Origin: an uncultured Methanosarcinaceae archaeon
GTDB lineage: Archaea; Halobacteriota; Methanosarcinia; Methanosarcinales; Methanosarcinaceae
Assembly: GCA_963847185.1 (NCBI GenBank)
Contig: CAWJYV010000010.1
Location: 96,001 to 160,000 of the forward strand
Length of the DNA stretch: 64,000 nt
Direction: 5' to 3'
The translations under genes were made by a program, and so were the position numbers. The notes beneath the pieces were generated by a model that was not told the origin of the DNA, ran no database searches, and worked only from the letters and a program-made list of their open reading frames with translations. Below are positions 22,309 to 31,820 of this stretch, one piece after another (position 1 is the first letter of the stretch; the number at the start of each line of letters is the position of its first letter).

Positions 22309-24810
22309 ATGAATAAATTAATTATCTTGCTGATGGCTATACTCATTTTTGCATCAATTTCTGGGATCGGAACCGCAGCTGAACATGCTGTTTCGCCAGG
22401 AAATTCGATACAGACTACAGTGAACAGTGCGAGTCCAGGCGATGTAATTATCGTCAAGCCCGGAACTTATACCGAAAATGTCCGAATTACTACGCCAAAT
22501 TTAGTAGTCAAGTCAGAGTCCGGAAAGTCCCAAGATACAATAATTAAAACTGCAAGTGCAAGAGGATTCGATGTGGCAGCCAATGGTGTGACAATTAGCG
22601 GGTTCAAAGTTGAATCCGGAGAATCAGGCATACGTCTGGTTGGATGCAGTGGCTGCTCAATCACTAATAATGACCTTTCGAGTAATGATTATGGGATATT
22701 TCTGAATATTTCGAATTCCAATAAAATCTCGGGAAACACAGCAAATTTGAACAGTTTGTTTGGGATTTATCTCCTGAGCTCTGGACAAAATAATATCTCA
22801 TACAATAATGTAAATTCTAATCAAAGAGGGATTAATTCTATAACTTCAAATAACAATCAAATTATTGGCAATATTGCTTCGAACAACAGTGCTTATGGAA
22901 TGTGGATTTCGCAATCACATGATAACAGTATTTCAGGGAATACAGTTAGCGAATCCGGTGGCAATAACGGAAGAGGCGGGGGCGGAGGTATTCATTTCAA
23001 TTCTTCCAGCAGGAACGCAATCACCGGAAATACTGTCGCTTTTAACATCGGCTCAGGCTTTTTCGAGTGCCCGGGTTGTCATAATAACGTCGTGTACAAT
23101 AATTACGTAAACAATACCTACAATGCTAATATTAACACCAGGGATACTACCTGGTATTTAAATCCAACTTCAGGTACAAACATTGTCGGTGGACCATATA
23201 TAGGGGGCAATTTCTGGGGAACTCCTGCAGGAACAGGTTTTTCGAATACAGCACAGGATCTGAATAAAGACGGCATTGCGGATACAGGTTACAGTGTATC
23301 TAACATTACTGACAATTATCCGCTTGTAGTTGGAGAATCATACTTACCTGCTATAAAGCCTGTTGCAAACTTCAATACAAATGTCACCAGCGGTTATGCT
23401 CCTCTTACTGTCCAGTTTAATGACCTTTCATCGAATGTCGTAGAGAGAAACTGGGACTTTGGAGACGGAAGTAATTCAACCGAGCAGCGCCCGGTGAACA
23501 CTTATTATTCAGCAGGAAATTATACGGTTAACCTGACTGTAGCAAATCAAAATGGTATGAATTCAAAACTTGTCACGATAACTGTTTTGAGAAAGCCTGT
23601 TGCAAATTTCAGTGTCAATGTAACCAAGGGTCCTGCTCCTCTTGCTGTTCAGTTTACAGATCTCTCGCAGAATGCAGTTTCGTGGAGCTGGGATTTTAAC
23701 AATGACGGAGTGCCGGAGGCTATTGACCAGAATCCCGTTAATCAATACACAACTCCAGGAAATTATACCGTTAAGCTGATAGTAAGCAACGAAAATGGCA
23801 ATAATTCGACAACTCAAAAAATAATCGTGCAGGATCCAAAGGATCTTCCTGTAGCGAATTTCGGCACAAATGTCACCAGCGGTTATGCTCCTCTTGCTGT
23901 CCAGTTTACAGACCTTTCGCAAAATTCAATAGGAAGAGGCTGGGATTTCAATAACGACTGGCAGGGTGATTCAGGTGATGCAGCTCCTGTTTACGTGTTT
24001 ACAGAGCCAGGATCCTATAATGTTAACCTTGTTGCAATCAATGAGAACGGAACCGCCACAAAAACTACTACAATAATAGTATTAGAGGAAAGATCAAGTG
24101 GTGGAAGCAGCAGCGGTGGAAGCGGTGGTGGTTCTCCCGAGTCTTCAAAGAACGTTAAAGTAAAGGAACTTTGTCAGGTCTTCATTACAAGTGGAAAAGC
24201 TGTGAAGTTTGATTTTACAAAGAATGCAACTGCTATTGTAAATTTGAACTTTGATGCCAAGAAGACTGTTGGTAAGACAACAACCATTGTTGAAATGCTT
24301 AAAAACAAATCCACGCTTACTCCGGAGACGCCTGAAGGCGAGGTTTACAATTACCTCAATATCTGGGTTGGAAACGGAGGATATGGAAGTGATGAAGATA
24401 ATCTCGAAAACGCAGTCATAAATTTCAGAGTTGAAAAATCCTGGGTAAAAGATAAAGGTATTGACCAGAGTTCAATAGTCCTGAACAGGTACAATGAAAA
24501 GAAATGGAATGAACTTACAACCTGCCTTTCAGGAGAAGATGATAAATACCTTTATTTCAAAGCCGAAACAGCTGGATTCTCTCCGTTTGCAATAACTTCC
24601 AAAACCGCAGAAAAACAAACTGATGTTGAGATAAAGCCAGAAAACGCCGACGATAAAGAAAACACAGGAAATACCGCAGCAGACGTTGAGCAACAGCCTG
24701 AGAATAAAGAAAACACAAGCACTGCAGAGGAAATTCCAAGTGAGCCTGGCTTTGAAGTGATTTATGGAGTTGCTGGACTGCTTGCTGTATTTCTACATAA
24801 AAGAAAATAA
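22309..24810 (+). CDS. NosD beta-helix, 3 PKD, PGF-pre-PGF, PGF-CTERM surface protein
   Basis: Signal peptide, GGNFWG.P.G.GFS motif, WDF.DG PKD motifs, EPGFEVIYGVAGLLAVFLHKRK. Confidence 0.9.
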   Translation: MNKLIILLMAILIFASISGIGTAAEHAVSPGNSIQTTVNSASPGDVIIVKPGTYTENVRITTPNLVVKSESGKSQDTIIKTASARGFDVAANGVTISGFKVESGESGIRLVGCSGCSITNNDLSSNDYGIFLNISNSNKISGNTANLNSLFGIYLLSSGQNNISYNNVNSNQRGINSITSNNNQIIGNIASNNSAYGMWISQSHDNSISGNTVSESGGNNGRGGGGGIHFNSSSRNAITGNTVAFNIGSGFFECPGCHNNVVYNNYVNNTYNANINTRDTTWYLNPTSGTNIVGGPYIGGNFWGTPAGTGFSNTAQDLNKDGIADTGYSVSNITDNYPLVVGESYLPAIKPVANFNTNVTSGYAPLTVQFNDLSSNVVERNWDFGDGSNSTEQRPVNTYYSAGNYTVNLTVANQNGMNSKLVTITVLRKPVANFSVNVTKGPAPLAVQFTDLSQNAVSWSWDFNNDGVPEAIDQNPVNQYTTPGNYTVKLIVSNENGNNSTTQKIIVQDPKDLPVANFGTNVTSGYAPLAVQFTDLSQNSIGRGWDFNNDWQGDSGDAAPVYVFTEPGSYNVNLVAINENGTATKTTTIIVLEERSSGGSSSGGSGGGSPESSKNVKVKELCQVFITSGKAVKFDFTKNATAIVNLNFDAKKTVGKTTTIVEMLKNKSTLTPETPEGEVYNYLNIWVGNGGYGSDEDNLENAVINFRVEKSWVKDKGIDQSSIVLNRYNEKKWNELTTCLSGEDDKYLYFKAETAGFSPFAITSKTAEKQTDVEIKPENADDKENTGNTAADVEQQPENKENTSTAEEIPSEPGFEVIYGVAGLLAVFLHKRK

Positions 24811-25377
24811 ATGTATATAATGAGCATTTTTGACAGAAAAACCAATACGGAAAAGATGATTTGATTACAGAAAATATGTTCGATTAAAAAAAGATGATCA
24901 GATGAAGATTCGATGTCTTCATCTTATCTTACGCTTTTTTACTTTTATCCGGAAGTTTTAAATTATTTTCAGGAAGCATTTTGAGCTTGTTTTAGCTATT
25001 GGATTTTTACATTTCTTATTTTTGTATAATGATCCTCATTTCACAGATATACATAGAGACACTTTTTTGCAGATTTGCTCTGTTTTATCTGTTGGAAATG
25101 AGCTCGATTTTAAGTTAATTCCATACTGAGGAAAACTGTAACGTTTTCGTGAACTTCTTTAGAAAATTGTTTTTTAACCAGTATATTTATATTGTTTTGT
25201 ACTTAATTTTCCCACTTCACAAGTGATATTACAAATTGTTTAAATTAAACAAGCTTACATATAAACGCACACAGCTTACTTAGTCACTATTTATGTTTGC
25301 ATTAAACACATTTTTTAAAATCGAATTGATATGGCAGAAATTTAAAATCGCCTTCCTTAGTGAATGGAGGAATTGAA

Positions 25378-26769
25378 ATAAACAAATTAATTATTTCATT
25401 GTTAATTTTTCTCATTTTATTATTAAGCTCAGGTATTAGCACGGCAGCTGAGATTTTTGTTCAGCCGGGAGATTCGATACAGGCTGCTGTGAATAATGCG
25501 GTTACAAATGATGTAATTATCGTAAAACCCGGGAACTATAATGACAATATCAAAATAACCGTACATAATCTGACAATAAAGTCCGAATCCGGTAACCCTG
25601 TAGATACAGTGATTATTGCTAAAGACCCTGCTTTAGATGTTTTTACTGTAGAATCAACTAAAGTTACAATTAACGGGTTTAAGATTGAAGGAGCCAGTCT
25701 TAATCATTCAGGAATATATATGAATCAGTGCAAGAACTGCACTGTTGAGAATAACAGACTTTTGGAAAACTTCGTTGGGGTATATCTGAAAAATTCAGAG
25801 AATAACCTGATTCATGACAATTTGGTTGGTAAAGCTGATCACGGTATTGTCCTTGATCATTCTAACTATAATACGGTTTCAGATAACAGAGCCTCGAAAA
25901 ACAGATACGGAATTTATCTCCCAAATTCTAACAAAAATCTTGTAACAACTAATACTCTTTCAGAAAACAAAGATTATGGAATCCTGTTCTCAACTGCAGT
26001 TGGCAACACCCTCTCCGAAAACGAGGCATTTGATAACGGTAGAGGCGTTCATTTTGGCAATTCTGATGAGAATACGATTTCGAACAACAGGATTTATTCG
26101 AATAAAGTTTACGGGCTTTTCATCTGCCCAAGAAGCGATAAAAATCTGGTCTTCAACAATTATTTCAACAATACTGTTAATGCCCTCCCGAATAATGGGA
26201 CAGATAATTCCTATAATATGGAGAAAACCTCAGGTGAAAATATTGCCGGTGGTCCTTATCTTGCAGGAAACTTCTGGGCATTACCCAATGGTACAGGCTT
26301 TTCGGAAACTGCAGTTGATGCGAATGGAGACGGCATTGCAGATGAGAAATTTAAGATTGAAGTAAATAGCAGCTATATTGATTACCTGCCCCTTGTAGCA
26401 ATTAAACATACAGAGTCAATTCTTCCTGCTGCAAACTTCAGCGCAAATACTACAGGTGGTCCTGCTCCTCTTTATGTTACGTTTACCGACCTTTCGGGAA
26501 ATGAAACTGGAAGAAACTGGGATTTTGAAAGCGACGGAAACATTGATTCTGAAGAGGAAAGTCCGGTTCACAAATATCCAGATCCCGGAATCTACACTGT
26601 AAATCTTACAGCTAGTAATGAAAACGGAACTGCCTCTAAAAATATAATAATAAGTGTAACAGCAGAAAGTGCAGAGACAAAGCAAAATGGAATTATGAAT
26701 ATGCCGGGTTTTGAATTGGTTTACGAAGTTATTGGCCTGCTTGCAGTCTTCCTGTACATCAGAAACTAA
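25378..26769 (+). CDS. NosD beta-helix, PKD, PGF-CTERM surface protein; start ATA 25378 or GTG 25360
   Basis: ATA AAC AAA TTA ATT aligns with ATG AAT AAA TTA ATT of the 22309 paralog; MPGFELVYEVIGLLAVFLYIRN. Confidence 0.88.
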   Translation: MNKLIISLLIFLILLLSSGISTAAEIFVQPGDSIQAAVNNAVTNDVIIVKPGNYNDNIKITVHNLTIKSESGNPVDTVIIAKDPALDVFTVESTKVTINGFKIEGASLNHSGIYMNQCKNCTVENNRLLENFVGVYLKNSENNLIHDNLVGKADHGIVLDHSNYNTVSDNRASKNRYGIYLPNSNKNLVTTNTLSENKDYGILFSTAVGNTLSENEAFDNGRGVHFGNSDENTISNNRIYSNKVYGLFICPRSDKNLVFNNYFNNTVNALPNNGTDNSYNMEKTSGENIAGGPYLAGNFWALPNGTGFSETAVDANGDGIADEKFKIEVNSSYIDYLPLVAIKHTESILPAANFSANTTGGPAPLYVTFTDLSGNETGRNWDFESDGNIDSEEESPVHKYPDPGIYTVNLTASNENGTASKNIIISVTAESAETKQNGIMNMPGFELVYEVIGLLAVFLYIRN

Positions 26770-26882
26770 AAAGAATATCGGAAGAGTGAAAGCGCATTAG
26801 ATAAATGGAAAAAATGTATAGAAAACTAAAAGGTTGCAACTAACTCTGAAAAAAGAATTTTAACCATGAAGAAGGGATTTTC

Positions 26883-27539
26883 ATAAGGTCATGGGAAGCT
26901 TTTGATAGATATGCGGATGAATACGACTCCTGGTACGAGCGGTATAAACCTGCATATGAATCCGAACTCCTTGCTCTTAGAAAATTTCTTCCCGAAAACC
27001 TAGAAAAATTAAAAGCCCTTGAAATCGGAATTGGAACTGGCAGGTTTGCATATTCTCTTGGAATAGGATTTGGCCTTGAACCTTCAGGGTCTATGGCAAA
27101 AATAGCAAAAAAACGAGGTATTGAAACAGTTCTCGGTGTTGCCGAATTCCTGCCATTCAAAAAACAGAAATTTGACCTTATTTTGATTGTTACTGCAATT
27201 GCCTTTTTTAATGAGCCTGCCCAGGCACTCAGAGAAACGTTCAGGATCTTAAAGCCAGGAGGACAACTTATTTCAGGCATACTGGATAGAGACAGCCCTC
27301 TAGGTAGTATTCTCGATTCAGGGAAAAATTCAAGCAAATTCTCTTATGGGGCTCATTTTCTTTCAGCGACAGAAGTATCTATATTCTTGCAGGAAGCCGG
27401 ATTTGAAAATATTGAAGTCTGCCAGACTCTTTTCAGGCAGCCTGAGAAAATCGAAAACATTGAATTTCCGGAAAAAGGACATGGGAAAGGAATTCTTGCA
27501 GTGCTTTCTGTCAGAAAGCCTGCTAGAGAGCCTCAATGA
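26883..27539 (+). CDS. Class I SAM-dependent methyltransferase; non-canonical start
   Basis: Open frame upstream of ATG 27093 holds FDRYADEYDSWY and motif I LEIGIGTGRF; in-frame TGA at 26847. Confidence 0.8.
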   Translation: MRSWEAFDRYADEYDSWYERYKPAYESELLALRKFLPENLEKLKALEIGIGTGRFAYSLGIGFGLEPSGSMAKIAKKRGIETVLGVAEFLPFKKQKFDLILIVTAIAFFNEPAQALRETFRILKPGGQLISGILDRDSPLGSILDSGKNSSKFSYGAHFLSATEVSIFLQEAGFENIEVCQTLFRQPEKIENIEFPEKGHGKGILAVLSVRKPAREPQ

Positions 27540-27602
27540 TAGGTTTAAACTGAAAACTAAAGCTCTTATCTGGAAATCAAAGCTCTTAACCGAAATTGAT
27601 GG

Positions 27603-27917
27603 CTAAATACAGTGTTTTCTTCTGATTTCCTTCAGTCTTTTCTTTCCTGTAGCTACAATGGATATCAGTTCAGAGTAGGAATTTTCTGAAAGTTCATTTC
27701 CCGGAGCAAGTGAATAAAGTTTTTTTCCGTCAGAATATAGAAGAATCCCATTCCAGGCTGCAAAGTGAGAACCTGATAAATATTCACAGGGCAGCTCCCA
27801 TTTGGATTTTACATTTTCAAAGCCCTCGAAACTGTAGAAAATAGTCCCGTTTTTGAAGATTTTTGTAAATTCCAACAGTATCTCAGCCATACTTTCATCC
27901 AATTTGCAGTTAAACAA
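27603..27917 (-). CDS. Hypothetical protein
   Basis: ORF fills the gap downstream of fwdD; no recognised motif. Confidence 0.4.
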   Translation of the reverse strand: MFNCKLDESMAEILLEFTKIFKNGTIFYSFEGFENVKSKWELPCEYLSGSHFAAWNGILLYSDGKKLYSLAPGNELSENSYSELISIVATGKKRLKEIRRKHCI

Positions 27918-27999
27918 GCCGTGAAAAAAGGAAAATAAGATATTTTTGCCGTTTTTAAGGAAATTTTTAAGGAATTTATTGAATTTACTGGAAAAGAAT

Positions 28000-28398
28000 C
28001 TAAAACGTGAGTTCAGTTATTTTTTCCTCTTTTGCACTGGTAACAGTTACAGAGATATCCTTGAATTTAGGTATCCCCGTACCCCCGGTTTCGTCCGAGA
28101 CCAGCATATTGGACAAGGGACTTTTAGGCATATATGCGATTCCCCTGTGAGGAGTCTCGTATCCGGATTCATCTGCTTTTACCACAACTCTTCCGAAGGA
28201 GTTTTTCAAGATGACAGTGTCACCTTTCTTCACGTTCAGCTGTTTGAGATCGGCAGGGTCCAGTTTTATAACGGCAGACAGGTCCCTGTACTCTTCTCCA
28301 AAGCGGTCTTCGAGCATAGCCTTATCCTGAAAGATGTCCCTGTAAGTTATGATTTTGACTTTTATCTCGGGAGCTGCAAGAAATGATCCGAAATCCAT
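28000..28398 (-). CDS. fwdD: Formylmethanofuran dehydrogenase subunit D-like (molybdopterin dinucleotide-binding)
   Basis: LDPADLKQL..KKGD.V, GIAYMP, ETGGTGIPKFK; overlaps the fwdB stop. Confidence 0.85.
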   Translation of the reverse strand: MDFGSFLAAPEIKVKIITYRDIFQDKAMLEDRFGEEYRDLSAVIKLDPADLKQLNVKKGDTVILKNSFGRVVVKADESGYETPHRGIAYMPKSPLSNMLVSDETGGTGIPKFKDISVTVTSAKEEKITELTF

Positions 28399-29642
28399 TA
28401 GAGGGCCTCCGTTATTTTTCTGAGAATAACTTCATCAGACGGGTGATTTGTCTCAATAACCGGTTTAAAGCTCACTTTAACCCCGTCCATGCGTGTGGCA
28501 CTCCCATCTGCTTCTACTCCGCTGATTGCGGTATTGATGTAGACCTTTGAGTTTCTGGAGGTCAGGGTTTCGTACGGGTCAATTGTGATAACAGGAATTT
28601 CCAGCAGGTTTTTTGCAATAGTCCCTGGGAGAATTGAAAGAGGGTCAGAACCAATAATCAGGGCTGCATCCACGGTTTTTGCTTTAAGAGATTCAACAAT
28701 CGAATACTCGGGTCCGTGCTTTACAGTATCATTTTCGAATTTTACGCTGTTTACGTATCCTGTTTCTGCAAAGAGATTTTCGTTAAAGCCCATTGTATTA
28801 TAGTTTCCTACCATTGGCAGAAGGTGGAAATTTGCTTTTTCGTTCAGGATCTTCATAAGCCGGAAAAGAGGCTCGAGGTTTTCAAGCGAGTAGATTAGCC
28901 CCCTTCCTACAAAAATGACCCCAAATTTTGCTCCTTTAAGGATATTTGCCAGCTCAAGGATTCTCTTAGGGGGGAAATTGTAAGAAGTCTTGGGAAGCTT
29001 TCCTGAAATCCCTGCAATTATGGCATCGATAAATTCCGTGTCTCCTTTAGGAGGAACCTGGAAGAAATAGTTCCCGCAGATTTTTGCAGTATGTGACTTC
29101 CGGACATCTACTGCAATTGATGTCCTTTCTTCTTCCCAGCCCCGCTGCTTTTCACTTCCTCTGGGAAAGTAAGAATATTTCGAAAGAAGGCGAGGATGGG
29201 AATCCGAAGGGTCTGTTCCCCAATATATAATAACATCAGCTTTATTCCTTACATCGTCCAGGGTGCAGGTTTTGATCTTTTCATGAATAAGGGCCTCAGC
29301 CAAACTGCCCAGACAAAAAGAAGAGGTATCGTCAAGAGTAGCGTTGATTTTTTTTGCAAGCTTGATTGCTATTTTCTGGGCTTCATTGGTGGAAGCTCCA
29401 AGCCCGAAGATCAGAGGGTTTTTTGCATTTTTCAGGATTGCTGCAGCTTCACTTATTGCGGTTGCCTCATCGACAGACTTGTTGTCTACCTGAAAAGTTG
29501 CTTCTCCCTTGCTTTCTTTCATGTGGGCTACCCCTATTCTGCAGGCTGTATGAACTTTATTTATTCTGTTCTTTTCAGCTTCGGCCTCTATATCGTCGCA
29601 GAGAAGTCCGCAGCCTGTGCAAACATGATAGTTTTTCTCCAT
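28398..29642 (-). CDS. fwdB: Formylmethanofuran dehydrogenase subunit B paralog
   Basis: CTGCGLLCDD...C 4Fe-4S motif, VRNKADVIIYWG.DP..SHPR, GVEADGSATRMDGV. Confidence 0.88.
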   Translation of the reverse strand: MEKNYHVCTGCGLLCDDIEAEAEKNRINKVHTACRIGVAHMKESKGEATFQVDNKSVDEATAISEAAAILKNAKNPLIFGLGASTNEAQKIAIKLAKKINATLDDTSSFCLGSLAEALIHEKIKTCTLDDVRNKADVIIYWGTDPSDSHPRLLSKYSYFPRGSEKQRGWEEERTSIAVDVRKSHTAKICGNYFFQVPPKGDTEFIDAIIAGISGKLPKTSYNFPPKRILELANILKGAKFGVIFVGRGLIYSLENLEPLFRLMKILNEKANFHLLPMVGNYNTMGFNENLFAETGYVNSVKFENDTVKHGPEYSIVESLKAKTVDAALIIGSDPLSILPGTIAKNLLEIPVITIDPYETLTSRNSKVYINTAISGVEADGSATRMDGVKVSFKPVIETNHPSDEVILRKITEAL

Positions 29643-29652
29643 ATCCGCTTCC

Positions 29653-30117
29653 TCACACGAATTCTATTGCCTCTACAGGGCAGGTTACTATACAGCCATT
29701 ACATAGAATTTTGTTCTTTCCAAAACGCCGGCATTCACCTACATTCTGGGCTTTTACAATGCCGTCTTCTATGACCAGGATTAGCTTATTAATATTCTTG
29801 GGAGCATTTCCCGAGCCTACTCCATAAGGATCATTTGCTACATTAGGAGGACAGGCAACTACACAATTTCCGCATCCGAAACAAAGGTCCTCATGCACTA
29901 TAAGACCTGTTTCGGTTGCACCTTCGGACGGTTTGAAGAGGTCGCTTATTTTTTCGTAGTTTTCTTTATATTTCGGCTCTTCCTTCAGGGGGGGGCAGTC
30001 CTCAGGTATGAGCTCGCGGGCCATGAGGGCTACTGCAAAAGCCATACATGAAGTTTTTCCGCATTTTTTGCAGTTAGTTTTTGGAAGCATCTGATAGAGT
30101 TCCATTGCATTTGTCAT
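29653..30117 (-). CDS. Fe-S protein, FwdG-like, with an N-terminal RnfB/AcsC-type FeS domain
   Basis: LPKTNCKKCGKTSCMAFA..CPPL plus two ferredoxin-type Cys motifs. Confidence 0.8.
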   Translation of the reverse strand: MTNAMELYQMLPKTNCKKCGKTSCMAFAVALMARELIPEDCPPLKEEPKYKENYEKISDLFKPSEGATETGLIVHEDLCFGCGNCVVACPPNVANDPYGVGSGNAPKNINKLILVIEDGIVKAQNVGECRRFGKNKILCNGCIVTCPVEAIEFV

Positions 30118-30539
30118 TCCAGGTCACCCTTGAGTCAAATTTTATTTTTGTGTCAGCTTTTATTAAAGAATATGCAGGTTATTAAAGAGTATGTAAGTTA
30201 AATATACAGGTTAAATAGATGGTTACTAAGCAAAATTAAGAGTATCACTGAAAACACAGGTAAAATAACCTTCAGCTAGAATGTATCTAAGTAATCTACC
30301 TTAAACTCTTGCTTTTTAGTTTTCAGTATTATTTTTAGATTGCAGCAGGATACTATGCAAATCTATTTAATTAATTTAAGTCCTCACACTTAGATTTCCG
30401 AAACTAATAGCTTTCATGGTTTCCAGAATATCGGAGATCAGGTTTTCCTGGAAATAAAGTTTCCTGACAGATTAATTTCCCTGATCCCAGAAAACAATTT
30501 TTAAAACCTTTTACAGGCAGTTGAATAATACGAATTAAT

Positions 30540-30821
30540 TTAATTCGCTTTAAAGAAAAGTTCACAGTGGCAGTTTCCATCTTTCTCGATTTCTTCTTTG
30601 TGGTAGATGCAGGGGCATACTATCTTTTTATCCTCCTGTTCATCTCCGGTAACTATCCTGCAGGGACAGTAACGCCTTCCGAATTTTTCCTGCTTAATTG
30701 CAAGCCCATCAAGCACATAATCAAGGGCTTCTTTATCAGGATTAAGCCTGTAGCCTGCTTTACTTGCATATTTCTCAGTCCATTCGTACATTTTCTGTTT
30801 TAAATTCTGATGTTCGGTCAT
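30540..30821 (-). CDS. Ferredoxin-thioredoxin reductase catalytic subunit-like
   Basis: CPC, CPC, CHC motifs; ATG 30821 follows GGAG. Confidence 0.9.
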   Translation of the reverse strand: MTEHQNLKQKMYEWTEKYASKAGYRLNPDKEALDYVLDGLAIKQEKFGRRYCPCRIVTGDEQEDKKIVCPCIYHKEEIEKDGNCHCELFFKAN

Positions 30822-31820
30822 ACAAAAACTCCGTTTGCTTGTGAATTGGAATAGTCCTGAATTATCTGTGATAGACAAGGGTAGAATATTTACTGAAAAC
30901 AAAAATTTTTTAACTTCCTTGTATAATTCTTTAATTTCCTTGTATATTTGTAGTGATAACTTAAATCTAAAGTGCAACTTATAATTTTGGTTAAATTAGT
31001 TTTAAAAGATATACCTTTCTACAGGATTTATCTCGCCCACTACTTTATAAGTAATTTCTATCAAGTATTCTTTTCGAAAGTTTCCTTTAAATAAGTTTAC
31101 AGATTACGAATTAGGTTTTCAAACTATATATTAATTAATGGTAAATAAAACTGGTTCAAAGACACTGAAACTTTATATAAATGAAAGTGTGGGTAAAAGT
31201 CTGTCAATAATCCGATGTCCATGTTTTGAAAATTATTATGAACCTCTAAGAATCATTATGAAATATCCCAGTTAATTTTGTTTGTATGTAGAAGAACCAG
31301 AAAGTTAATATGCTTTAATTATTAATTCTAATATATAAATTAAATGTTATTGATTGTACCTGAGTAAGCCCTATCTTTAAATTTCATTTCATCAAACAGC
31401 ATGCATGTATTCAGCTTAAAGACAGAAGAGTTGTTAAAATGCCTTTTTTGTAGCCAAAATCAGATTTAAATAAAATTCTGGTAAAACCTTATGAGATAAA
31501 GGTTTTGATTTTGCACAAAACGTCTATATTTTTATTCAGTTCAGGAGAAAGAATATAGAGATACATGAATAAAGCAAATTAAGAATCTGGAAATAGGTAA
31601 TTTCGTTTTCAGGTCGAAAAAAGGTCTTTATGAATATTTACATAACTTTCGACTTTTCTGTATGGCAGAAATGCCTGGAAGTATATTTCCTAATTTGTTC
31701 TGATTATCGTTCAAAAATATAATTTACCATTATAACTCACAGACTGTATAATATAACGAAATCCAAATCATATCACGAAAGATTGCACACTTGAGTCATC
31801 AATATTAAGGAGTCACCAAT

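Noticed and set aside
15775-26769. Diversity-generating retroelement acting on the surface genes
   Set aside because: No reverse transcriptase in the window, and differences between the duplicated cassettes are not adenine-specific
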